A stretch of 64,000 bases of DNA, taken from positions 3,782,001 to 3,846,000 of the forward strand of contig OU015568.1 in the NCBI GenBank assembly GCA_907165135.1, read 5' to 3'. The translations under genes and the position numbers were made by a program. Within the stretch, counting starts at the first letter, position 1; the number at the start of each line of letters is the position of its first letter. This stretch comes from Oikopleura dioica. Taxonomy: Eukaryota > Animalia > Chordata. A model generated the notes under the pieces. That model saw only the letters and a list, made by a program, of their open reading frames with translations, was not told where the DNA came from and ran no database searches. Shown one piece after another: positions 12,020 to 24,500 of this stretch.

Positions 12020-12858
12020 CTAGATGTCAGCGCAGCATCGTTTTGGCATCGCAACAGGAAAACGGATCGTAGTTAGTGCACCAGATGGTTTTTGAATCCA
12101 ACTAAAGTCGAGTTATCAATTGCATGTCAGTGATGAGAGGACTTACAGGCTATATTCTCGAGAATTGTATGCTCTTGGGATACAGTCGATCATCTGATTT
12201 TCCGGGTCGGAGAGTTTCGCTTTGCAGCACTCGTAATTCATCATCATTTTTTCTGCTTGGTTTCCTATAAATTTCGAAATGAAAAAACAAAATGTTGATA
12301 GCAAACTTACTGTTGTTACTGTAGGCAAAAAGGATATTGGCGCATGTTCGTCCCGAAGACAACTCGCAAACACCAAACGACGTTGACGAGACGTAACAGA
12401 TGTGAGACTTAGTGGCATGGTCGTAGTGAGAGATGACTGGAGCAATGCAGTTGGCGGCTTCAATAGCGGGGCCGTCGATTTTGATGTTTTTTGAGTTGCA
12501 TTCGAAGCATTCTTTTTGACCTCGTCCGCAAACCTTAATAAAGCGTTAGAAATCTTAAGGGATCCGATGAAAATCTTACATTATCGACTAGGTATCGTCG
12601 TGTCAAATCGTTCCCGCAGATGAAATCATCGACGACAGTGTCCATATCATGCTTGATTTTGTTCAAGTAGCAAAGTTGATCAGTATCTTGTCGAGAAAAA
12701 GCCCTTCCTCGCCTCTTGAGCCCCATTTGAAAGCTCATCGGGGGTCGATCATTCGGGACAGATGCCATGAGCGACTTCGAGATCATCAGACCCAACTGGA
12801 TGTCATCTTTACGTGATCCGGAAACAACGAGAAAGAGACATGAGAAGTAAGAAATCAT
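12020..12858 (-). CDS. Secreted Cys-rich furin-processed protein, copy C (intact); cystine-knot-like candidate ligand
   Basis: Signal MISYFSCLFLVVSG, KRRGR^AF, four exons with GT-AG introns, ends YECCKAKLSDPENQMIDC..IRFPVAMPKRCCADI* (TAG 12022-12020). Confidence 0.8.
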
Positions 12859-13464
12859 TGTTGATTTTATTGTTTACTGCTTGATGTTGCAAGCTGTTTT
12901 GATGGCTCCTAGACAACCAGTTGGATTTTATACGGAAAAAATCCTCTCCAACGCGCCATCCAAATTATTGAGAATAAAATTACTGCCGATAAACTATCAG
13001 TCGTCTGTGTGCCAAAATGGAAAGTGCGTAGCCGGCTCTTGATTGATAGTGTTGGATGACGAGCTCCCTCAATTTAAGCTTCCTTGTTCGTTCATGTTAT
13101 TTCTTAGTTATTTTATTATATTTTACGATTTTACTGTAACGAACCTTAGCTTAATAATAACATGAAATGGATGCACCGTTAGTGTACTTGAAAAAGAATT
13201 TGTCTATGAATGACCGAAAAGCTTCTAGATATGGAGGAAAAAATAACAGAAAAAATAAATTGGTAATCAAAGAAAAAAGAGAATGAGTTCTGATCAAAAT
13301 GATGAGAAAGCTGAGCCAAAGGAGAAGACCATCAAACAAGAATTCTGGGTCTCGGTTTTTAAAAAATATATACTCGACCTTGATCATCGTCGACCCTAGC
13401 ATGTGGCTTTATTTTAGATAATCTAAAAATAATTTTTTTTGTGAAACTCAGTGAAAGAAATTCG

Positions 13465-16400
13465 ATGAAGATGGCAACCCAATTTTCGAAGAAACCACCG
13501 ATGTGATCAAAACGGTTGAGTTCGAGCAAAAGAAAAGGTCGAGAAAAGATTCTGATGAGTACGAAGGTGATGATGAAGAGGAGCCATTGTTGCAAGAAGA
13601 TGAAAGGAAAAATACAAAGAAACGAAATTTCAACTATCTGAGAAATCTAATGGGATTGAACGACATTCGCCAGTCGGCTTCTATTGAGGAAAGCGTTTTC
13701 AAAAAAAAAGATACGAAATTAAGATGATTGTCAATGATTGATTTGCTTGTATTCTGAATATAGACAGATAATTGACCGAACATAATGTAAAAGAATCTCT
13801 CATTATTATGCCTATAAGAAAGACAACTCATGTTACTTTGATATTCGTTAATCTTCTGAAATATAATGGCAAATTTCTTAGAATGTACTAGTATAGTGAT
13901 CGTTGAAATATAAAGATGATGGCTCCCCTAGAGAAAACGGAGCCAGCCATGTCAGTTACATGTTTTTTTCTGAATTCAAATCGGCTCAAGCGAGCACACA
14001 TTAGAACAAAAATTTTGACTGAGACCTTCTTTTTTAATTTCTGTACAGACAAAACATATCGCGTCCATTGACGGTGAGGGTTAACAAGCATAAAGGCTGT
14101 TTATCGAGATGAAAATCTGAAAACGCTTCTTAGGATGCACTGCTACTTCTGAATAAAGGAGAAAAGCACACGAAATTCTCATGTGCCCAGCGATTAGGTT
14201 CTTTGTGGATTTGGTTCTCTTTCAGGTTCTTACTCGTATAAAATTTTCTTATCTCTCAATTCTCAAACTAAATTCTCGAAATTTGCCTATCAATATATTC
14301 TCAATGGGAACTTTCAAAAAGTACATTATTACTCCCCCTTTCTTATCACTAAATTCTCATAATGAGAGCTACAATTTGTAGCTGGTTGTTTCTGTTCGGA
14401 TTCTCGTGGTTCTACTTCCATCTGCTTCACAAGACAGTTTGGGAGACTTTCCTACGCGTCGTTCCTTTTTCGATAATTTCTTTTATCATCGGTCTGCTTT
14501 CCAAAACTTATAGGACCAGTTCGTACTTCAGAGAAAAAAGATATCGTATCAAGAAATTGCTTTATCGAACTGAGCAAAGAACGACTTGGTACATCTCTTT
14601 GCCGTCTATTTTTTGTTCGAGGGGAAGAATGTTTCTCATTTCTCTGATGATTATTGGTGTCATCAACGGACCTGGTAAAAAAGTATTTTCTGCTTCAGTC
14701 CTTTCAATTTTTAGTGAACAATATGAAGGTCAATTATGGCGTTTTCAACTCAACAATCGACTGTACCAAAAAAGATATCGCCGAGCTGCAGAAGCGAGGA
14801 ATCGACACTGCCGAAGAAATGAGGTAAAAATCAAAGTTTTCGGACAAAATATGGATCGTCGTATTCTAGGGATGCTGTGGTAGTCGCTTTGGATAAGTCA
14901 GCAACTCGGATAGAAGAGAAAGTTGAGCGGCTAAAGGGCAAATTCGGCATTTTTTCCGACGCCCTGACCCTGGTCGCTGAAAGAATGCGAGGATTTACCG
15001 AGTTCCTGGGCTCTCTCATGGTCAGCTGCGAAGAACAAGTAGCCGGGAGTATAGCAAGATATGTCTGCGACTTTCCAGAATGGGCGGGAGAGAAGCTCTT
15101 TGATCCGATCGAGAAGAAGCTTGATAAAACTGTCAAGGCTTTCAAAAAGCAGTTTGATATAGACATCAAAACTGAAGCGGAATCATCTTACAAGGTACCG
15201 GTTTATTTGCTTCTCTTCTTATCCATTTTTTCAGCATGAAGAACTAGAATCAAGCGTGAAACGAAGAGAAGAGCTCAAAAAGGAGATGGAAGAAAAATAC
15301 AAGGAAGCAAAAGACAAATTGGAAAAACGCCTCGAAACTGCGAGCAATGTTTCTCTTCTTGTTTTTTCTTGTCTGATGATGGTCTCTTCCTACTTTTATC
15401 TTCTCAATTACATGAACAAAGATGACTTCGACAACAAGTACTTGACGGCGGAATTCGAAAGAATGGACGAATTGAAAGCGCTGAAAGACGAGGAACTCCA
15501 GCCACTTGGTCCTTTAGGAACGGCTCTTCATTTGAGATTTTGATGAAAAACAGGTCTTTGAGAGTCAAAAATGAGAGAGTTTACGCTACATCGAGCCGGA
15601 CTCGATTCGTCTAGTAGACGAAGACTGGATGGATTTCTTCAGTGAGGCGAAAACTATTCTGATTTGGACTGCTGGAGCTTTTGCCGTTATCGGTAAGAAT
15701 TTCTCTTGCTTTCTTATTCTCTTAATAAAAACTAAGGACTTGATTGGGCGTTTTACGGAATTTTAAACGAAGCAGCTAAAAAAGCAAAACGCGCCGTGAG
15801 CACTGTTTTCCCAGGAATGGTCCAGCTTCATTTTCGCGCCGCACAAGATGTTCTCCACGAAGAGACTGAGAAAAGTGCGAAACCTGGTATTTTCGCCGAC
15901 ATTCTTGAAGATCTCGCGACTTCTTTCGAGCACATCAATGCAGCGAATCAGACAGAAATCAGAAAAGGCTTCCATGAGTGCATTGGGACCCCGTTTGAGC
16001 CGGACAAAGGCATCTGGACATATCAACTGACGATTTGTGGACTGTTGATTGTTCAGTTGATCTTGGGTCCGTATGTCAAAAGACTTAGATTTCTGATCTG
16101 CGCGGTTTCGTTTCCAAAAAGGCAGAAGGAGAGGATCACGTGGCTTTGGCATAAAATAAAAAGTAAGATAAGAAAAAAATCTTTTATTTTTTAATGATAA
16201 TTTCAGCCGATAGATCACGTGGCTATCTCCGCCGAGGACTGAACTCCCTCCGCCCAACTTCATGGAAAGGCTTGAAAGGAAAAATCGCCCGGTTTATTTT
16301 CCGAGCAAACGCATTCATGTGCAATAATTGTCGAAGATCGCGAGGTGCTGGCAATGACCATTTGTACATGATATGTCACGTGGCTGGCTGTAACGCTCAA

Positions 16401-16529
16401 TACTGCTTGGAATGCTTTGCTTGTATGGAGAATATGTGTGGAAGGTGCAATGGGGAGATTGAAAAGCTGGAGAGTGAGGATGAAATTTCAGACTGTGGAG
16501 ATGATACGGGAATGATGCCGTATTTCTGA
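13465..16529 (+). CDS. DC-STAMP-domain protein, DCST1/DCST2 (Sneaky/SPE-42)-like, with C-terminal C4C4 RING-like domain
   Basis: SRGRMFLISLMIIGVINGP TM segment, coiled region, YMNKDDFDNKYLTAEFERMDE motif, further TMs, and C-terminal CNNC..CHVAGC..YCLECF..MCGRC. DCST1 and DCST2 cannot be told apart by eye. Confidence 0.8.
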
Positions 16530-16668
16530 ACTTTATTTTATTCTTCCATTTATCACTGCCCTTAGTTATTTTTTGAATAAAATACATCACATGACTCTTA
16601 ACAACTTCTTTGTTTTACGAGTTAAAATAAGCGCTCCGTTTTTTTCTGTCTTCTTATATCCGGAGAGA

Positions 16669-18020
16669 ATGAGGCTGGAGCAAAAGATTGCCCTCGAAAA
16701 CCGCTCGAAAAACAAGGAGCAAATGGCGGAAACTGAAAATGAAAAAGCAGTGAAAGCAGATTTGCGCCAAGCTAGACTTGCTCTCACCTCGCTTGAAAGA
16801 AGTGTGAATAAGAATCTCTCTGAGAATAAAAAGCTTAGAGAAGACTTGAAGGCTGAAAAGGCTAAAAATGAGAAACTCATGGAGAAACTTTGTGATTCTC
16901 AAACTGAAGATGGGAAAATTAAAAAGCTACAAAATGACTTGATCGTTGAAAAACAGAAAAACAAGGAACTTCTTCAGAAAAGAACCTGTTCTAGCGACAA
17001 GAATGATCAGTAACGTTGATTGAAATGACGTCCTTTCAATTGTCTTAAAGCGTATTTTTAATCAAGAGATAGCTCTACTCTGATCATTTGAACTTTGTTA
17101 TGATGAGTTCAAAACTTAATTCTTTAGAAGAAAAAGCTCTTATTGTTTGGTAAGGCTAAATTGATGACAATTATATTTCACATAATTCAAGCTCTATGAA
17201 CACATACCTCGGACTTGGCCACTATTTTGGATCAGATAACCTTTCTGTCCGACCTGCCCATGACTCAGCGGACATTGAGAAGATCTTGGTAGCAATTAGC
17301 CTTGGCTTCAAAAATGTCAACATCAAAATTTCTCACAGGGACAACATCACTGTCTCGAAATTTGGAATAACAATTTCCCTCAAGTCGTATTCCCAAGTTT
17401 ACGGGGAGATGGCTTCTCGTGGGTATTGTCAATCAAAGGAAAAGGTTCGTATTTCCAAAGCTTCTTTAAAATTCCGCATTTTCAGGGAATTTTCGTGCGC
17501 AGGCTTTGACTCTGAGCCCCGATGAAAATCTCCGTGGCGCAAGAGAATCGAAATATACAGCTGAAAGGAATCCTAGCGACTGGTTCACAGTCCGACACTC
17601 TGACAAGTCGAAAAACTTCATTCGCTGGAATCTGACCTTTCTTTCTTGATTTCAAGTTGTGTTTTCGATTTCAATAAAACTTTTACTGCTTCTTTCTTTC
17701 TTATTTTACGATTATCAAAATCTCGATTTTCAAGATCGATTTTCTCATTTGACCAAAATGTCTGACAGAAAGAAGAGAAACTGAGAAATCAACTCGTCGC
17801 TGCTCAAGAATCCTTCGAGCACCTTGAGAATATCTTGACTCAATTCGTGATCAAAAAAGAGGAGGAAATCGAAACCTTGAAATCTGAAAATCTGCTTCTC
17901 AAGGAGAAAATCTCGCTTTTCCAATCTCACGATGGAGAAATCAAAACGCTAAAAAAGCATGTTTCCATTGAAAAAGAACAAGTTCTTGGCTTGATAAAAC
18001 GCCTTTCTGAAAAGTCATGA
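16669..18020 (+). CDS. Coiled-coil protein, unknown family
   Basis: K/E/L-rich heptad ORFs 16573-17013 and 17835-18020 with intervening coding-like exons. Confidence 0.45.
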
Positions 18021-18546
18021 GTCCTCCTTGATTTCAATAAAGATTTTTTTGTTGAATGGTTTCTTGTTTATTAGAAGAGCAGAAGAGGATGACCCTACCA
18101 TCAATAATATTAATACTTTATGAAATAAAATAATTAATTCGGGCAATGTACAGTCGGATAGACACAAGGAAACAGTACGCTAGAAATTACATTCAATATT
18201 TTTTAAATACAGACAATCTAATCTTTGCAGCGATTCTAGGAATTCAAAAGCTACAGAAAAAATAAAATTCCGAAAATTGTGAAATTAATTTTTAGCGCAG
18301 ATAGAGAAGATGGATTAATATAGCACCAATAAGTCATCAGGATCAGGATTATCGGTCAGGAAAGGAAATTTTGATCTGTTTCTGAAACAGGCAAATTGAA
18401 AAATTTTTTTATAGTCTTTCTTTTTTGATTTATAAGCTTTTTTTATGGTCCATAAATTATGGGTAAAATAAAAGAATTTCGAACAAAAATTCGGGTTGAA
18501 ATTTAGATGAGCCAATTTACGAGGCTGACTAAAAATGTCAAATTAT

Positions 18547-18680
18547 GGGGGAGGTGTCTGGAACCAACAAAAAAATTTCGACAAATTTTGCGTGGAAATT
18601 TTCGACCAATCAAAAGCCTGGATTGGATAGCCGCCCACGCAAAATTTTTCGAAATTTTTTGTCGGTTCCAGACACCACCC
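18547..18680. mobile_element. Small MITE (~135 bp)
   Basis: Imperfect inverted arms GGGGGAGGTGTCTGGAACC..TTTTGCGTGG / CCACGCAAAA..GGTTCCAGACACCACCC; flanking direct repeat CAAATTAT (18539-18546, 18681-18688). Confidence 0.7.
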
Positions 18681-19183
18681 CAAATTATTGTTGTCAGAAT
18701 TCAATGGATAGAATTTTGGCTATCTTAGATAGGCTATCTTGATTCTAGACACTAGAACTTTATTGAGGTTTAATGGTCACCTGAATAAAAAAATAATTGA
18801 GTTGAAACTCAAAAAATAAATGTAAAAAGGTTGGTTTTGAGGAACTAAGGTACAGCGGGCGTAATTTTTTCAACAATAAATAAATAGCAAATTATAAAAA
18901 TAATAAAATTCTGCCCAGAAATAAAAATCTTAAATGAGTGTGTGTTTTTTTGGAACTAAAGCGGATCAGGCTAGTTAAGAAAAAAAAGGATTGAATGAAA
19001 CTTTTTTAAAGAGAAGAAGAAGGGAATCAAGCTCACGTGTTTGATAAGTGATGAAAAAATCAGATGGGTTGAATTTGGAGGAAGAAGCGGTTTTACTGAG
19101 GATGGCCCATGAAATTCATCGCCGTTTGGGGAAGAGCTAGAATCGATGGATGCGGAGCTGGGGCTGGAGAAGACCGGGTTCTC

Positions 19184-21535
19184 TCAACCACTTCCTGAAA
19201 GAATTAATGAAAATTCTGAAATAATGATGTTCAAATCCACCTTGAAAATAAAGCCCAATCGATGCGTGTCGCTGACTTTCTTCAACTCCGCCGCTAGAAT
19301 TCTCATGTCCGGAATCGCTTTGATTAAATCTCTAAATCTTCCTTGTTGTCTTTTTCTGTCAACCAGCCAGTGCTGACAGAGGAACCAGAATCGTTTGTTG
19401 AGAGCTTCTACTTTCACCGATTCTTGGAGGCCGACAATATCTTAACGAAAAAGCTTGAACATCATCAACAGAAATTTAGAGTACCGTGATTCAGAAAATT
19501 GATGAGCTTCATGATACAAAACTCATCATGAGTAATGTCTAGCGCTGCAAACTGACTGTAAACCGATGCAGTCTTCTTGATCAGCTTTAACTCTTCTTCT
19601 GTTGGCTCGAAGTTGCTAGAATTAGGAATAGAATGATGAAAAAGAGGAGAAACAAACCTGAAATTCGAGGAATTCGCAACTGCGACACCAAGGGTTTCGA
19701 AAACGGCACGATGATGGATTGTTAGTGATGAGAGGAGCATCGTTTCAGCCCTAAAAATTTGTTGAGTAGGAGATCTGATGAACATTGGTCATATGATATG
19801 ACTCATATCCATACAAATGAAAGTAATTTGGGCTGATTATTATGCTATGAAGATATCTTGATTCTATAAATTATACACACTAGAAAAGAATTGAAAGTTA
19901 GCTCACCTAGCTTAGTATCGAAAATTTTAAACCTACTCATTTTTTTTAAGTTTTATGGTTTTTCGATTCAAGGCATTTGGTAAAAATTCTTCATTTTCTT
20001 CAGATAAAAAATTCCGAGCAAATTTTAATTGATAGTATATTTTCATATGTTCCGCTTTTACAATACCGATTAAGTCATTCGATTCAATATATATTTGAAA
20101 TTTTAAGCCCCGATTTAGATATTGCTATTTTAAGTGTCGGTATCAGAAAAAAATTTTCTTAGTAGAAAGCCCGAGTCAAGTTCTACGCGTTTTTTTTTAT
20201 TTAAGCTCTTTCAGAACCTGACTCAGGCTTTCTTCTATGGTTAACAAGCCCTTATGTCAGATAACTTAAGTTATCTGCGTTATCCTGATTCTTATCTTAC
20301 CATGTGCTCATGAGTAGGGTCGTATGATCATGAAGTGATATTTCGCTGGAAAAGGGAAGCGCTTTTGCCCAGTCTATTTGTCGCCGCAATAATTCGTCGG
20401 CGGTTTTGGCGAGAGTCATCATCAGCGACTTTAAATTGGAATGAAAAAGAAGGTCAAAGCTTAATTCCTTACATCCGGCGTAAACGGGTCGGCGGCGGTG
20501 ATATCGCGCAGGGGTGGCAGGGCGCCGCGCTCCTCGATTTCGATCACGTCCCCGACCGCGTCGTGGGTGCGCTGCTCGATGCTCTGGGTGGCGGTGAGGG
20601 CGGGGGCGAAGTTGGTGTGGTCAAGCATTGTGGGGCGGAAAATCGTCGATGCTAGGGAATTTTTTTGAAGAAAAATCAAAATTTTTTAAGAAAAGATGAA
20701 ATTTTTGACGATTTTTTTCATCAAAAAGTCGGAAGTAGTAATAAGTTCTTACGTTGTCTAAGAGCAGGCGACTGCTCAAGCGCTCTCGAGATCGGAAGTG
20801 AACTTTCGGGCAGCCGAAGTGGCATGTGACTCTGGGACTGCGAGTGGGGCTGCGTAAGAGCCTGAATGGGATTGGCGGATCCGCCGCTGATCGCAGCGCG
20901 CTCCTCGACGAACACGGAGCCGTCCATCACGGCGGCAATTTCTTCCGGGGTCATTTGAATCGGCCCGATTGATTTGTTACGACCACCTGGCATTCCATCT
21001 TCGCGGATGGCTGAAATAAGGGATTAAGACCTTTGGTTACGCAACATTCCTTTTTGGTCTTAAGAAATTACCTTTTCTGTTCATTCCGCATTCGAGACAT
21101 CTTTTCAGCCGACAGTATTGACATCGATTTCGCTGTTTTCGCGACATCATACACTGTTTATCCCTCGTACATCTATACACTCTTCTGTTGCATATCGATC
21201 GTTTAAAAAACCCCTTACAGCCTTAACAAATGATTAAAAATAATCCCCCCAATAAGGGTGTCTACCTTCACAACTGATGATTCCATAGTGAAGTCCTGTT
21301 GCCCTGTCGCCGCAAATTCGACAACTTTTTTCAGCATTTTGACTTCCGCCCCTCGAGACTTCAGATGTTTCTAGAGTCAATATCAGCATATATAATCATA
21401 TTATATTTTTACCGGTTCTGACGGGAGAACGACTTTGTTGAAGAATCGAAGCTGCTGGCTGCTGATGACTTTGCACCATGGAGTGCACCATCATGTTTGC
21501 CGTGGGAGGCGTGTTTCCTGCCCCGAAGCCATTGC
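19184..21535 (-). CDS. NR6A1: Germ cell nuclear factor (nuclear receptor NR6A1); 5' exons may extend to ~22510 or beyond
   Basis: DBD exons CRICGDRATGLHYGIISCE|GCKGFFKRSICNRRVYRCTRDKQCMMSRKQRNRCQYCRLKRCLECGMNRK|AIREDGMPGGRNKSIGPIQMTPEEI match the GCNF-specific extension. LBD has TADELLRRQIDWAKALPF and RFRDLIKAIPDMR. Confidence 0.93.
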
Positions 21536-24500
21536 CTGGAAATATTATTTTGAAGAGTTTTTACTAGGTTTTCAAAAAATAAGTCATCAATTACTAATTG
21601 ACAATTAACATTTTTCCTGTATTTTTTAGCTTTTTGACCCCATTTTAGCAAAATTTCGGTCCAAAAAGAGGAGAAATTTTCATTTTTGTTAAACAATTTT
21701 GCTTTATTATTGCTTGAATTAAAGAAAAAAAATCATCTTAGATAAATTGCTAATAAAAAATTCTGCATAATGAATGCGTAGGGTGTCCGTGTTCATATTT
21801 GATTCCGCTCTGGCTAAGTTCCACAGGTTCTATCTGCCTCGGGCTTCACTTTGGCGCCCTGCCAGCCCGAGCTGCCGAACGACGCGGCGGCGTTGGCAGA
21901 ACGCCAAGTCCAAGTACAATTCAAACTCAAATTTAAACGCCAAAGCCAAGACTTTCTCTCTTTTATCAGCACCTCACAACTTGATTGCAAATGTCAAAAA
22001 TATCTATATAATAATAGCCAGCCCCTCGCAATCTATTTTTAGCGCTATTCCCTCTGAAGCGCTTTTTCTAAAAACTTGCGTAATAGAGATCATGTGATCA
22101 GATCTCAAAAATATAAACATGGATTTTTATTTAGAAAGTCATTCTTAGATAAGCATTTTCAACCTTTTTTCGGGCCATTAAAAATGATCTGAAGTTTTTT
22201 AACATATAAAAAACGTCAAATAAAAGAGTTTTATGAAAAATGCCTTCTTTTTTATGCATAAAAATGACAAATTTCGATGATATTTATTAGCCTAATAAGC
22301 TCCTCTACCCCCTTAAAATCCTCTGAAACGTACCTGGTAGGCGAAATCCAGCAGGGAAGCGCCCCTGCTGGGGAAGGTGATATGGGAAAGTCGTAGGATA
22401 AATCGGCATCTGTAGGGATGGCCTTGCACTCGGATATCTCTGTTCTTTCTTTCTCGCTCTAGAATCTGATGAATGAAGAAATCCGTTTCCTATTCCCGTC
22501 GACGTTCCCAAGGCCGCTATTATTGTGGCTAATTTTGTTGCTTCTTTCTCTCTCTTGTTGTTATTCGGTTTCTTTTACTCTCTTCAAGGCTGATAGTGAT
22601 TAAATCTCTAGAAAACTCCTTAATTTTACGTCTCTTTTCTGGTCTATTCTGCGCGGCGCCAAGGTTAATGAGGTAAAACAAGACTGAAGTCTCAAGCTCA
22701 AGCTCCGGGCGCGGCGCCGCACCTCGCACAGTGGCCAAGATTTTGGCCCTGGCACAAGACCCAGGCGCTCAACTCAGAGTAGGGCCTGGCACAAGTCCCA
22801 CAAAACGATCCTGAAAACATGAAAGAGGCCATGTGACTGACTAAGGAACATAAGTTGACACTGTTAATGAGGAACTATTTTGTCTTTAATACCCTAACAG
22901 AATTCCATATCATTATCGAGTCCTGTAATATGTGAGATTCTTGAATATCTCCAACCATATTTCATTATTAAAAGTATATTTTAAGGATAGAATAGTCTAG
23001 TTTATGGTTTTTCAAACTAACTTTCGAATTCGCAAATTTTGCTTTAGTGGCTAAAATTGCTCTAATTCAAGTAAAATCTACAAAAATCTCCTTTCTTATC
23101 AATACGGTGGACGTACTAGAATCTTACTCCTTATATTCTTGTCATTCACGGGTCAGTTCAAGTTTCAGTAGTTTCGAAAAGTTTTCTTACTAGAATATTC
23201 TTCAAGTTTCTAGTAGAACTTAGTTGCTGCTTGTTACTCAAAGTAAACTATTGTAATTTTGAATTGTAATAGCCTGATCTTTATATGGGGCCATTGATAA
23301 TATAATACTCCTTTAAAATTTTCCATTTTCGAATTTTCAAAGTTGAAATTCGAATTCGTTGATAAGTTTTGCCAGCCTCTCCTGATTGGCAATAATCTCG
23401 TTTAGTCGCGTAATTTCCTCTTCATAAACAAAGCTTCATCGTTTCTCCACTTTCGTAAGTCGCAAGTCTTCGTAAATCTCTATGTCTTCGATTTGCAAGT
23501 GATCCTGTCTTGTCTTATAGACTTTACGGGTCTCTTGTTTCAGAAAAAAGTTCTCGCTGCGTTGCCGTTCGGCGGCTGGTCTCGGCCTTGACTGGTGAAA
23601 CGGTCACGATTGCTGGATAGTGAGTAGCGTCTCGTAGCGGAGGAGAGCCTTAAGGAACGCGAGGCCAGTCCGCTGATAGGCCAACTCAGCCGAGTAGTAA
23701 GGCCAGGGCCAGTAAGGTAGCTACTACTTCTAGGGTGCGCGCGGCGAAGGCGACGAAGCTACTACACCTTGGCGCGCCGCCAGTGACGCGGAGCAGGAGC
23801 TTGAGCGCCAGAGCAAGAAAAAAAATGAACGAAGAGGCCAAGTCAGAGGCCAGGAGCACAGCACCAGACTCGATGCTCTGACGGATACCAATTTGAAAGC
23901 CACGAGCGGGCACGAGCCCAGCCAGTGTACAGCTGAAAATGTAGCGTTAAATAGGAGAAATTACCAAATAAAAAGTACTTCCAGTCGAGTTCAATTGAAA
24001 GGAAAATTGAGCTACCGAAACAGATCAAGAGTAAAGTTTTGGGGTTAAATGTTATTCTGCCATTTTTAACAATTGTTTTGATTTTTGAGGGCCCTGATGT
24101 CTTGATGTTACATCAATGATGTAACAATACATCAGTTTTTATATAAAAATCAAGCTCGTTTATTCGTTCTTTTTGATTCTGAGAAAGTATAATTTTAATA
24201 GGAAGAAATGTCTACAGTTATGGCGCGACAATATGTGAGCAAATACGGGCTTACAGCGACTCAAGTCGATCATGTCCTGTCTGTCAATTATTGCACGTTT
24301 CTTTATTCCCGAGTCCGATTTGAATTCGGAATAAGATATGATCATACGATCTAATATCATTGTTTTTTCATATAATTTTCCTTTTCTAGTTAACTTTTGA
24401 AGAAGGAATCCATTTCTGAAGTAAATTTTATTCCGAATGTTTGAGAATTCTAAATATTATTGAAAAAAGCGTGCAGCGTGCTAAGTATGTCCGTGGCTTT

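Noticed and set aside
22700-24000. Possible retroelement remnant or extra GCNF 5' exons (GC-rich, basic low-complexity frames)
   Set aside because: No RT, integrase or gag motif, no LTR pair or TSD found, and frames are broken by stops.
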